From Octopus vulgaris (taxonomy: Eukaryota): a stretch of 64,000 nt of DNA. The stretch covers positions 83,638,001 to 83,702,000 of the forward strand of contig OX597815.1 of the NCBI GenBank assembly GCA_951406725.2, read 5' to 3'. The position numbers and the translations under genes are program-made. Positions 11,933-23,912 of this stretch are shown in pieces. Within the stretch, counting starts at the first letter, position 1. The number at the start of each line of letters is the position of its first letter. The notes under the pieces are model-generated. The model searched no databases, was not told the origin of the DNA, and saw nothing but the letters and a program-made list of their open reading frames with translations.

Positions 11933-13214
11933 AGTTTCTTTATTGGCCACACAGGGCTGCACACAGATGGGAAAAATTACAAGATAGAGCTTTTCTTTTG
12001 GGGGATGAAAAAAAAAAGGTGGCGTAGGTTTTCGATCAAAAGGGATCGTAAAAGTGAAAAAAGAAAAAAAGAAAAAAAGGAAAAGAAACAAAAGAAAAGA
12101 AAAAAGAAAAAAGAAGAAAAAAGAGGAAAAAAGGGGAAGAGGAAAAAACGATCAATAGGGATCGTGCATCACAGTGTCATGATGTACGGTGTAAAGGGGG
12201 AAGCAGATAAGGTTTATCCGTGGGGAGAAAAGCCTACAAAAAAGACCACGGTGACCTCGGTCAATATTGTTATATGTTACCACATTTGTTTGCAAGTGGG
12301 TAACCCTCTGTTTTCAATTTCTGGGCTCAAAGGATTATGCTCAAGGTGGCTTCGTCATTCATACGTGCCATCCTTGCTACATTCACCCATCTGTTTTTAA
12401 AACATTCGCTAGACAAAGCTTGCCTCTCTACTCTCACTTTCCTTTTCAAGCGGTACTTGAAGAAGTTGATGAGAGATTGACCAGAGAGGATAGTGTTTGT
12501 CTCCAATCCTTTCAGACGCGTCCATCAGATACAGTCTTTCGCCATAGCCACAAGGATGATGAAAATAGCTCTTCCTTCCCGTTTGAAGGAAGGAGGCGTG
12601 ACAATATTGACGATAGACTCAGCTGATAAACCGACTCGTCCCACACGTGACAGCAGTTGTTCGACATAAGCCCACAGGTCGGAAATTGTTGGACACTGCA
12701 GGAGTGCGTGCAGAACGGTTTCGTCGCTCTGACCGCATCTCGGGCAGGTCGGCCCCGTGTTTCTCGAGCCGTGTCTTTAGAGCTTATCCCGAACGGGTAG
12801 CGCTTCTCGGTAGCACTGCCAGGCCAGGGATCTCTGGAAGTTGTTCATGGGCTCTGGCCCGAAAGTCGTCCCGAACAGGCGGGCCAGGTATTCCTCGTCG
12901 ACGTCCAGGTTCGCCCCGAGCTCATCGTTGTACCACCCCGCCACTAATCCCCTATAGAATGCTTGGGTTGTGATGGAGTCACTCAAGGTCGACCCGGGAC
13001 GGCAGAGTTGCTTGAGAGCAACGCGACACTCGCGGTGCCATTCGCCCTTCCTCGGCCTCTTTTTGATCCGCTACTGCAGTTCGGTCATGGAGACGATCTG
13101 CGGGAAAGCGTGCCTCACAAACGGCGACCACATCTGTTCACCGTCGTCTACGAAGAACCTGAGATGTCGCAGTCTCAGCGCGTGTCTGCGCATCATCAAC
13201 CACATCATGGATTA

Positions 13215-13215
<1 letters not shown>
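11933..13215 (-). mobile_element. 5'-truncated Tx1/L1-clade LINE (zf-RVT region and 3' UTR) inserted in (GATA)n
   Basis: Minus strand: FQRSLAWQCYREALPVRDKL*RHG...CPRCGQSDETVLHALLQC (CCHC)...WTR...KNRW. Two in-frame stops were seen in this stretch. It is GC-rich, has a pyrimidine-rich 3' UTR and ends AATAAAgaaact-(TATC)n. Confidence 0.88.
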
Positions 13216-13286
<71 letters not shown>

Positions 13287-13317
13287 GTAGATAGGTAGCT
13301 AGATAGATAGATAGATC
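13216..13317. repeat. (GATA)n microsatellite flanking the Tx1-like element
   Basis: Directly visible. Confidence 0.97.
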
Positions 13318-14496
13318 TGCCATCGATCAACGAGATTATTTATGCCTCATTGATAAAAACTTATTGGCTTTCATGCCAAGAAATCTTCGAAAGCTGATTC
13401 CACCTCTGGTTTGGACCTGAAAGTTTTATCACTTAAAAACGTGTTTAAATGCTCTAAAAATGGTGGTCAGTGGGTGAAAGATTAGGAGAATATTGAGGAT
13501 GTGGTAAAGTCTCGTATCCTAAGTAAAGTCTCGTATTCTGCAGCGTCATTCTTGAAACATGTGGTTTTGCATTATCGTGGAGTAGAATTGGGTCCCGCCG
13601 ATTCACCAATGCTGGTCTCATTTTTTGCAAGTGAGCATTCATTTCAGCGAGTTGATTGCAGTAAACCTCTGCTATAATGATCTGATTGGCTTCCAGAAAG
13701 TTGTAATGGACAACACCAATTGCAGACCACCAGACAGCCACCATAATCTTTTGCTGATACATCTTTGACTTTGGGAAATGTTTGGAGGACCACGATCAAG
13801 CCATTCACCTGATCGCTTTCGATTATCATTAAGGATCCACCTTTCGTTACAAATGACTATTCGGTCAAAACTATTGGTGTTTCGCAGAAAGAGCATCGAG
13901 CACACTTCAAAACGCCGAACTTTTGGATTTTCATTGATTTCATGCAGTGCCCATTTGTCGAGCTTTTTCACCTTATCAATCTTCTGCAGATTGCGTGAGA
14001 GCGTTGCAATACTGATGCCAAGTGCCTGAGACAGCTCTCTGAAACTTTGACGTGGGTTTTGTTCAACAATTGCTTTCAATTGTTCATTGTCAAGACTGAA
14101 TAATTATCCTCTACCTTCTTCTTATTCAAGGCACTCATCACCACTACGGAATTTCTGAAACCACCTTCGTACTGTGCGATCACCTGTGGATCCCTCCCTC
14201 CATGCTCTATTGATATTGACAGCAATTTGGGAAGCATGGTGTTCAAGTTTGAACTCATACAAGAAAAATAAGTGAAGGTCCTTTTTCAGTCATCTTCATA
14301 ATTCAGGGCGCCTATACTTCAAGAATGTTTTCTGTCTGAAATAAGTAGAAAATTTTTAAAGAGCATACACCAATTATTAAATATGTCGAAAACATAATTA
14401 AAATACTATGACACTAACATATAATTCAAATACTATGATAAAATTGCGCTTCACAACACAACACTTAGAGCGGCCATTATTTTCGGAACAGCCTAA
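13318..14496 (-). mobile_element. Decayed mariner (Hsmar1/cecropia-like), 3' end truncated at the GATA tract
   Basis: TIR tattaggctgttccgaaaataatggccg at 14498->14471. Motifs KKLDKWALHE, DRIVICNERW, LLHDNAKPH and HPQYSPNLSPTDHHF; the reading ends at GINNLVDRWQ. Confidence 0.92.
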
Positions 14497-14741
14497 TAAT
14501 ACATGCAAAACTTTAGCATTACTCCCTCATAATCAGCCTATGAATTATTCCCCTCGTATATGGGGAGGCGAGTTGGCAGAAAAATATTGTAACTTTGGTC
14601 ACTTGGAGACAGGGTAACTGGCATTATGAGCCCTACTGCTGAAATACTGCTGAAATATTTTGTGTTAAATATATTGCGTGTGTTTGTGTGTGTGTGTTTG
14701 TGTGTGTGTGTGAGAGTGTATGTGTGTGTGTGTGTTGTATT

Positions 14742-14930
14742 CATATGCCCGTGGGCATATGGCGTAGTGGTTAATAACGACATCGAAAAATACCTTAGGA
14801 AGGAAAACCCAGGTTCGAAATTTCTCCAAGACACCTGATGAAGGCTAGAGGGTATGTCAGCAAAACGTTGTGTTAACAACAAACAAGACGAGGACAAATA
14901 TCCGTCAATTGTAAATAATGGAAATAATAT
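14742..14930 (+). mobile_element. Solo PLE terminal repeat with tRNA-like A box and hammerhead (same family as 2676-3137)
   Basis: Begins with the palindrome catatgccc-gt-gggcatatg. It shares catcgaaaaataccttaggaa..aacccagg, the hammerhead and aacaaacaagaYgaggacaaatat with the 2.7-3.1 kb copy. Confidence 0.75.
14830..14874 (+). ncRNA. Hammerhead ribozyme motif, probably inactivated
   Basis: gacac-CTGATGA-aggctag...cagc-AAAA-CGTT-gtgtt. Stem I (gacac/gtgtt) is intact, but GAAA is mutated to AAAA. Confidence 0.6.
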
Positions 14931-14956
14931 ATTCTATGTAATATTCCACACAAAGA

Positions 14957-15135
14957 AGGCGGTGAGCTGGCAGAAACGCTAGGACGCCGGGCGAAATGCA
15001 TAGTGGTATTTCGTCTGTCTTTGTGCTCTGAGTTCAAATTCCACCGATGTCGAATTTGCCTTTCATCGTTTCGGGGTCGATCTAATCGACTAACCCTCTC
15101 TCCACTAAATTTTGGGCCTAGAGTAGAAAAGAATA
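14957..15135 (+). mobile_element. tRNA-derived SINE with Nin/Deu-like central domain
   Basis: Head aggcggtgagctggcagaa, B box gagttcaaattcc, and gcctttcatcgtttcggggtcgat. Many paralogues occur in the window (37.2-37.8, 41.2, 54.6-55.0, 58.3 kb). Confidence 0.8.
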
Positions 15136-15639
15136 TTCCACGTAAAGCTTTTTAAAAGATTAGATGACCTTGTGTATTGGCTGTGTTAATAGAAAATCAA
15201 CAACACGTGAAATGAACTACGGAAAATAGCGGACTTAATAGGTGTTGGAAAAGAAACGAAAATCCGCTTATATTACCATTAAGTTTTGTGGGCTAACGAA
15301 AAGCGCCGGAACATTCTATCTTTCCGATTATGTAATTCCGAGAAGAAAGTTGGTAGAAAAATCGAAACTTTAATGAACTGAAAGAGCTTAGGTGCCCTAA
15401 CGATCCAGTTTGTGCATGAAAAGCTGATAACAAAGTATGAAAAATCCATAATAGAATTAGACCAAACCCCTGTGGAGAGTTGTCTACTACAATACATAAA
15501 GAAAAAAAGGTTTTTGTCTATTTCTCCAAAAATGCCACTGTGTGTGTGTGTGTGTGTGTGTTTGTGCGTGTGTGTGTGTTTGTGCGTGTGCATGAGTGTG
15601 TATGTGTGTTTGTGCGCGCCTGCATGTGTCGAGAAAGAG

Positions 15640-15790
15640 AGGGACAGAGAAAGAAAGAAGGAAGAAAAAACAAAGAAAGAAAGAGGGAAGGAAAGAAAGA
15701 AAGGAAGGAAGGAAGGAAGGAAGGAAGGAAGGAAGGAAGGAAGGAAGGAAGGAAGGAAGGAAGGAAGGAAGAAAGAAGGGAAGCGAGAAG
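15640..15790. repeat. (GGAA)n / purine-rich simple repeat
   Basis: Directly visible. Confidence 0.95.
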
Positions 15791-17204
15791 GGGTATATGT
15801 GTATGTGTTTCATTATCATTGGCATATGATTATATATTTTCTGACTGACTCAGAAATCAGTACCCCGTCATACCTAACTATGTTCTATATGGACAAATAT
15901 TCATTCTCTAAAGTGAAGAGGTTCAGTTTTCTCTAATATCTAGAACTTCCATAAAGTTTTGCAAATTTTGGGGTATTGATTTGGGGTGGAGTTTGTCTGC
16001 ATTTCGTGTATGATTGCTGTGTGCCTTATTTTTGACACCTATGATACGTTTACTGACTCACTCTGGCTCATATCTGCGTCACTTAATTAATCAATACATT
16101 TGATTGGCCGTGAAATCATTCTTATATAATATTAATTTTCTTCAAGTACTTTGTTATGATTTTCATCCCTGAATGCGTCACACGCTTGATTTATTTTAAT
16201 TAAGGAATAATAAGGCATGTTGATCGCTATCCAAAATAATGATGCGATTGATATCCCACTCGTGAAATTTAAACCGACGTTAGAAGTTATTAACATTATA
16301 TATATATGCTTGTGTTTGTTTGTGTGTAGGGGTGTGGGGATTTGTTTGTGTGTGTGTGTGTGTGCGTGTGTGAGTGTGTGTATGCGTGTGCGTAAAAATA
16401 TATGATATTAAATGGATGTAATATTTAATATCTAGGGTTAAAATACCCGTAATCTTATATATGTATATATATGTAGAGAGAGAGAGATAGAGAAACAGAC
16501 AGACAGACAGATAGATAGAAAGATAGGTAGATAGATAACTGTAATTACTTGTGTGTGTGTGTAAAGAGAGGGTAAATATTCACCTTAAAGGGAGAGAACC
16601 GCTTCAGGGTTTGTATTTTATTTTATTTTCTTCTTAATATTTCAATGAATTATTTTCGCTGTGTTTGAACATACAAAAGACACATTTAAGTGGGATAAAA
16701 TAAGTAAGACAATATAAGGTGAATTTGTCTCTGCAGCTCTCCAGAATTATATTTGACAAAAAAAAAAGATAAAATAAAACTCATACGTATCAATATCCAC
16801 CCTCAGACATTAGAAAGATCAGAAATGCAACAATAATTAAAAATATCTATGTTAAATGAAAAAGAATCTTCGTGAAATGAAATTAACGAACCTCAACTAA
16901 ATTTAACATTTCGTTAAAAATATTCTCTATAGCTCCTACACGATCTGTTGAACTGGCTCCCTTACTGATACATTTACGCACAATGCAGTAAAAGAGAAAT
17001 TGAAATCAGTCATTGCACATTTAGAGATCATTCTTTTGAAAATAGAAAATTATTGAATTAAACATTAGTGAGAAACAATTGACTAAGGATCCAACAAAGA
17101 AAAGAATTTTGGCTATTAATCACCCAAAATTATCCAGATATTTTATTAGTAACCTCAGTTATATATATGTTGAGAAAAACTTTCATGAAAAGTAGTAGCT
17201 GTCG

Positions 17205-17594
17205 CCTCTCTTTACTTATTTCAGTCATTTGACGGCGGCCAAGCAAATCGACCCCGGGACTTATTCGTTGTAAGCCTAGTACTTATTCTATCGGTATCTT
17301 TTGCCGAGCCGCTAAGTTACGGGGACGTAAACACACCAGCATCGGTTGTCAAGCGATGTTGGGTGGACAAAGACAGACATTTACACACCTACATACATCT
17401 ATATATATATATACTCTCTGGAGCACCGCCTTTAGTCGAGCAAATCGACCCCGGGACTTATTCTTTGTAAGCCCAGTACTTATTCTATCGGTCTTTTTTG
17501 CCGAACCGCTAAGTTACGGGGACATAAACACACCAGCATCGGTTGTCAAGCACTGCTAGATGACAAACACAGACACACAAACATATAAACACAC

Positions 17595-17653
<59 letters not shown>

Positions 17654-17809
17654 TACGACAGGCTTCTTTCAGTTTCTGTCTACCAAATCCACTCACAAGG
17701 CTTTGGTCGGCCCGAGGCTATATCAGAAGACACTTGCCCAAGATGCCACGCAGTGGGACTGAAGCCGGACCATGTGGTTGGTTAGCAAGCTACTTACCAC
17801 ACAGCCACT

Positions 17810-17857
<48 letters not shown>

Positions 17858-18022
17858 ATATACATATATACGACGGGCTTCTTTCGCTTTCCGTCTACCA
17901 AATCCACTCACAAGGCTCTGGTCAGCCCAAGGCTATAGTAGAAGACACTTGCCCAAGGTGCCACGCAGTGGGACTGAACCCGAACCCATATGGTTGGTAA
18001 GCAAGTTCCTTACCACACAGCC
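17205..18022 (-). mobile_element. Cluster of a second tRNA-derived SINE family: duplicated tail (17205-17390), near-full copy (17415-17811), duplicated head (17868-18022)
   Basis: Minus-strand head ggagtggctgtgtggtaag...cttgggcaagtgtcttct. The blocks gcaaatcgaccccgggacttatt and tctaccaaatccactcacaaggc each occur twice. Confidence 0.85.
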
Positions 18023-19009
18023 TGGTGATGTTTCAAACTTTCGCATCGTCAACAACAACTATGCGGACCAAATTTTATATTTTGGGACCATGCACCAATA
18101 CAAAATGATACAATTCTTGCGATGTAATGGTTTCAAGCAGGTAGGGAGAAGTTAACGAGAAATCATAAATTACTAAATTTTACTCCTTACATACTTCCCC
18201 CACCCACAACCCATAGGAAGATTACAAATATTTTAGCTGCGAATATGCTACTTACATCGATTATAGATAGTAGTGCGCAAGCCACTACAACTATCACTAT
18301 AATTCTTAACATTGTTATGAACGCTCCTTGCCACTTTATCCATATTTGTCTGGGTGAGAGTTGGAGTAGCAATATTAGTAGGAGCCACTTCACCACGTTC
18401 GAAATGGTAGCTCCGATAGTTAACAATACTAAATTAGCTGGCAATGGTAAAGTTACTGTCATATTTTTAACAATTAACATTATTGTTTTCATGGGTATTT
18501 TCAGTTTTGGCATTATTTGAGTTGTTGTTCCGATAATTATTGTAGTTGCCCATATTACATATGCCATTGTTAGTTGGGATATCGGTACTGTTATAAGTAA
18601 TATAAGCGATATCGTAAGATTCATAATACTGTTGCTGCAATTATAAGAACTCTTATTATTGTTAATATAATTGGGAGAAATCGCAATGAAATTATGAGTA
18701 TTCTTTATAAATCTATTTGAGGCTGTGGTTATAGCTCATAGGATAAATGTGATAGAATGAGATTGTTTAATAGTGGTTCTATTAAGCATTAAAAAATGGA
18801 ATAACATTTCTTTGTGTGTCTATGTATGTACGTATGTATGTATACATGCGTGCATGTATGTATGTATGTATGTATGTATGTATGTATGTATGTATGTATG
18901 TATGTATGTATGTGTATGTATGTATGTATGTATGAATGAATGAATGTATGTATGTATGTAAGTATGGATGGATGGATGTGGGAATGGACGTGGGATATTG
19001 GTCACAGTG

Positions 19010-19185
19010 TTACATTCGTGATCGTGGGATTATGGTTTCCATTCCTGAGCCGGATGATGCGTTGTAGTATTGAGTAAAACATTTCAGTTTTGGTTACACG
19101 AGATCCATTACAGGAGAAGAAAGTATAGTTCACAAAATCCGGGATGCCAGCCTTACGAGCCTATGGTTCGGGAAGAACCTTTGAT
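19010..19185 (+). mobile_element. Degenerate MetaSINE-like SINE
   Basis: Similar to 55850-56065 (ttcctgagccggatgatgcgttgtagtattgagtaaaacatttc ... aaatccgggatgccagccttacgagcctatgg). Confidence 0.45.
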
Positions 19186-19297
19186 CTATTTTCATGTAGC
19201 TGTATAATCATACCGAAATGAATAGAGAATGATGCATCTCGAGTGTAAATAGATATGCAATTCAGTGTTACTTTGAAACACACAAACACACAGTCGC

Positions 19298-19338
<41 letters not shown>

Positions 19339-19339
<1 letters not shown>

Positions 19340-19629
19340 TGTTGTGTCTGGGGAGAGTTATTTTCTCATTGTGCCTTATAATTTAATACACTCACCGGTA
19401 AGATTTCCACTTAATTGTTATTTTTTTCTTATTTTTATTTTCCTAAAATTTTCGTTACGTCTTGCAACGTTTTCAATAGTCTTGACTCAAGAGTCAAGAC
19501 TATTGAAAGGGTTGCAAGACGCAACGAAAATTTTAGGAAAATAAAAATAAGAAATAAATGGAAATTTTACCGGTGAGTGTCTTAAATTATAAGGCACAAA
19601 AAGAAAATGACTCTCCCCAAGCACAACAG
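19339..19629. mobile_element. Fold-back / hairpin MITE (~290-bp near-perfect palindrome)
   Basis: The arm ctgttgtgtctggggagag...cactcaccggtaa...cctaaaattttcgtt...ttcaatagtcttgactc is mirrored by gagtcaagactattgaa...aacgaaaattttagg...ttaccggtgagtg...ctctccccaagcacaacag, with a 2-nt loop. Confidence 0.85.
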
Positions 19630-20514
19630 AATATGCTTCAACACACGAACTCATATAAAGAATCTTGCAAACCAAATCCAAACACGAAATATATATAAAT
19701 ATATGTACGTATACATATTTGTTCCTATCTATCCATCTATCCGTGTATATATATATATATACACACACACATACACATTTACAGTATATACGTATGAGAA
19801 AAATGTGTATACGTGTTTAACTATATGTTTGTGAATTTTGTTTAAAAAAAGAATAATAAAAAATTAGGTTAAATAGCATATACTATAGTAAATTATGACA
19901 GAGTAGGGTATCGTGGCTGTATACATTAATAAGTGACGTAATATTTTGCTGCAAGCCAGCAGATCTTCTCTTTTGATCTCATTTGCTAGAAATCACTATG
20001 TAATCCAAACGTTGCTGATGTCAGTTGTTTTCGTTGAACTGACGGAGATGGAATCAAAGAGCACTTCTTATACTAATTATATTGGCCTTGAGTGGAAAAT
20101 CAATAAGTAAAGAGGAGAGAACGTAGAGGAAATCTTAGACAGGAAGTGCATTGTAATATATTATGTGTGCATCTCCTTCGCTCCCTGCCTCACAGCGCTG
20201 TTTGCTCTCATTTATGTGCTTTCTTGTCTCTCTTTGCATATCAGTCTGTCTGTCCGGCTAATTCAATGTAGCCAGCTATTCTCCTTCCACAATGTTCAGT
20301 TTGCGTTTTTTTTTTTTTTTCTTCCTTTAATGTGTATGATTGCACCCGTCTATCTTGTGCGAAAGTCTATGCATAAGTGTGTGTGCGCGCGCGCGTGTAT
20401 TATAGCGATTATGTGCTTCTCTGTCTCACTCTCACTCTCTCTCTCTCTCACTCTTTCACTCACTCTCTATCTATCTATCTATCTATTTATTTCCTTTCTC
20501 CCCTTTTTCTCTCT

Positions 20515-20557
20515 CTCACACATATATATATACATACACACACATGCATACATGTAC

Positions 20558-20613
<56 letters not shown>

Positions 20614-20754
20614 ATATGTATACATGTATATGTATGTATATATGTATATATGTATGTATGTATATATGTATGTATTTATGTATGTATGCATATATGTATA
20701 TATGTATGTATATATGTATATATGTATATGTATGTATGTATGTATGTATCTATG

Positions 20755-20842
<88 letters not shown>
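20515..20842. repeat. Compound (TA)n/(TATG)n microsatellite
   Basis: Directly visible; source of the 234/171/126-aa spurious ORFs. Confidence 0.95.
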
Positions 20843-21230
20843 TATTCCATTTCTGGCGGAGAGATGTAACGTTCTTGATATTAGAGTTGTAGCCAAGGAT
20901 ACGATTATATATTTGAATATTTGACACAGAGATATTTTAGCTTCCCTAAGCCAATCGATAGTCGATAGTCGATGCGTTTAAGTCTCTCCTTACCTCTTTC
21001 TATCTCTCTCTGTGAATCTAGTGGTAGAACTGCAGCCAAACACTGCGAGGCTAAAAAATATGTTTATTAAACTTACACTTGTAACCCTGACTAGAATTTT
21101 AACAAGCACCCACCAGACGTGTGTGTTTATCCCCCCTCTCTCTCTCTCTCATGTTTCTCTCTCTGTGTATATATATATACATATTTGTATATACGTCTGT
21201 GTGTATGTAATATGTGTATGTATATGTGTG

Positions 21231-21287
<57 letters not shown>

Positions 21288-21636
21288 GCATATATGTGTA
21301 TTTTTGCACTTGCTTATACGTTGAGTGAGTGTGCCTATGAGCCTGTGCGTGTGTGGCGGGTGTTTTTATACACTGTGAATTACGGAATAGGAAATGCGCC
21401 ATCTATGTGATTTGCAGTCAAATGAAGACTATATGCCCAGAGGAAGCACGAACTGCACATGAACTAGGAATCAGTAGATCTCAGACGTATTCCGAGGGAA
21501 AATATCAGTATGGATGTCATATTTCTTATGTCCGTTCGTAGTGTAGTTTTTTATCTCAAAGTTCTCAATGAAACATTTTGCTCCTCATCTTTGATCGCTT
21601 CATGTTAGCTTAAAATATATACGTGTATGCACGTAC

Positions 21637-21691
<55 letters not shown>

Positions 21692-21865
21692 TACTATAGG
21701 ATAAAATTTCTTTCAGAAAAAAATTTCATCAAAAGTGGCAGCATATTAAAATGTATATGTATGTAAGTATATATATATATATTAGATTATATGTATATAT
21801 ATATTAGATTATATATATATATATAGACATATATACACACACATTTATACATACATACATAGCCA

Positions 21866-22068
<203 letters not shown>

Positions 22069-23607
22069 TTTACTTACTAGGTTCATAATTCAGTGATTAT
22101 TCATTTGCACTGCTTATCCAAAAACCCGACTCCTATCCGTTGTCCTTTCGTCTCAAATTCGTTAACTTTATTTGGAAACAGATATTCAATAAGCAGAGGC
22201 CTTATATAAGCGTCTTCATTTGCATATAGGCACACATCCACACACACGCACAGAGCAAGATACACACGTACACACACACATACACACACACACACATATA
22301 TATATATATAATATTATTTGTATTTTGTTAAAGGTTACGACAAATATACATATATATAGAGAGAGAATGTGTTGTCTAAAAATATTTTTCTCTCTTACTA
22401 CGATTGGGGAGAAATTAATGCAAAAGTGGGTATATCTTTTTGATGAATGACAAAGGTCGTTCAAATTGCCCTTGCTTTATAAAGATATTGCTCATTATAG
22501 CCTCCATTACAGGCGATGAATTTGCGTCATCAGTGTACTCAACTCCCGAAACCTCTTTCTATGACAGGAAAAAAAATCCTATGGCAGCATATAATTTGCA
22601 TTACTTAAAGCAAAACAGTTTAAAATATATTGAAATTGTTTAAAGAAAAAATAATGTACAAAATCATTAACTTGCATTATATAGATAACATTAAGAATCT
22701 ACATGAACATAACTATGCCGTATAAAAAATATATTTCTTAATAAATGACGTTATTCTAATAATTTCATAACATAATGAGCATACTCATGAATATACTTTG
22801 TACTTATTATGATATCATAAAAGAACCCTATTATCTGTGTGAGTTATTTTATCCTCAATACAATGTAAGTTTCATGTAGATGATTGCTGTAGTTTGCAAA
22901 ATGTATAGAAAATAGTCTTATAGATTACTGTCATAATGACAATATAGTTAACAAAACTAAGCACTAATTATAGTAGTAACAAAGGTACTGTAAGGTTATC
23001 CGAGGAATATCTAAATAGTTCTAATATTAGGACTAAAATACACTTTTTTTAAATGTCGTAAATGTACGAGTGTAAGGTTATCATGCCAGGTTAGCTTGCT
23101 AGTACTGCGCGTGTGATAATTATGAGATAACTTGCGTGGAGTTTAGAATTTGGAATTTAGAGCTATAAATGTATTCCACTGGCTGGGGTTGTATTGCATG
23201 GGTTTCTGGTTGAATTTCATGAGGCCGTGACTTGTCTACGAGAAAACTTCGTTTCTAATCTAATGATGGTGTTTCGAGTGGAGTGTAAGCAACTAAGCAT
23301 TTTCCTAGATAACCTGTCTACAATCATATACTTGGCAATGTTTTCTTTGATTATTTAGGCAAGTGCAGTGAAATTTATGATTCACTTACGAGATCATAAG
23401 TGTGTCTGCTGTTGTCTCTGGTACTTTTCGAATAAATCAGATAACATTAAGTATTAACTAATATAGCTTTTATATTACATCATATAATTAATTAACTCCA
23501 GTAAGCATTTTGATGTTCCCTGTATTGAAAATTAACATTATAGCTAAGTTTAATCAGTATTTCCTGGAGTCAATAAGATACTAATTTTATTACTTTTAGT
23601 ATGTGTA

Positions 23608-23660
<53 letters not shown>

Positions 23661-23864
23661 ACAATTGAGGGTAAAATTAATTAATCAATTTCACCAAGTA
23701 TTCGGTATGTAAAAGGACCATTTAAGGCGAATTCAAAATATTACATTATATAATTAGGGCTTATATATATATATATATATATGTGTATATATATATATAC
23801 ATATGTATATACGTATATACATATATACATATATATGTGTGTGTATATATATATATGTGTGCGT

Positions 23865-23912
<48 letters not shown>

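Noticed and set aside
12005-12400. Lys-rich 131-aa ORF and neighbouring plus-strand ORFs to 13226
   Set aside because: Antisense to the Tx1-like element and its pyrimidine-rich 3' UTR.
18187-18624. 145-aa hydrophobic ORF resembling a membrane protein
   Set aside because: No recognisable family motif; the composition is explained by decayed AAT-type triplet repeats.
20165-20927. Long ORFs (234, 171, 126 aa) and the many similar IYIY/CVCV/HTHT/MYVC ORFs throughout the window
   Set aside because: They are translations of (TA)n, (TG)n and (TATG)n microsatellites, which lack stop codons in those frames.
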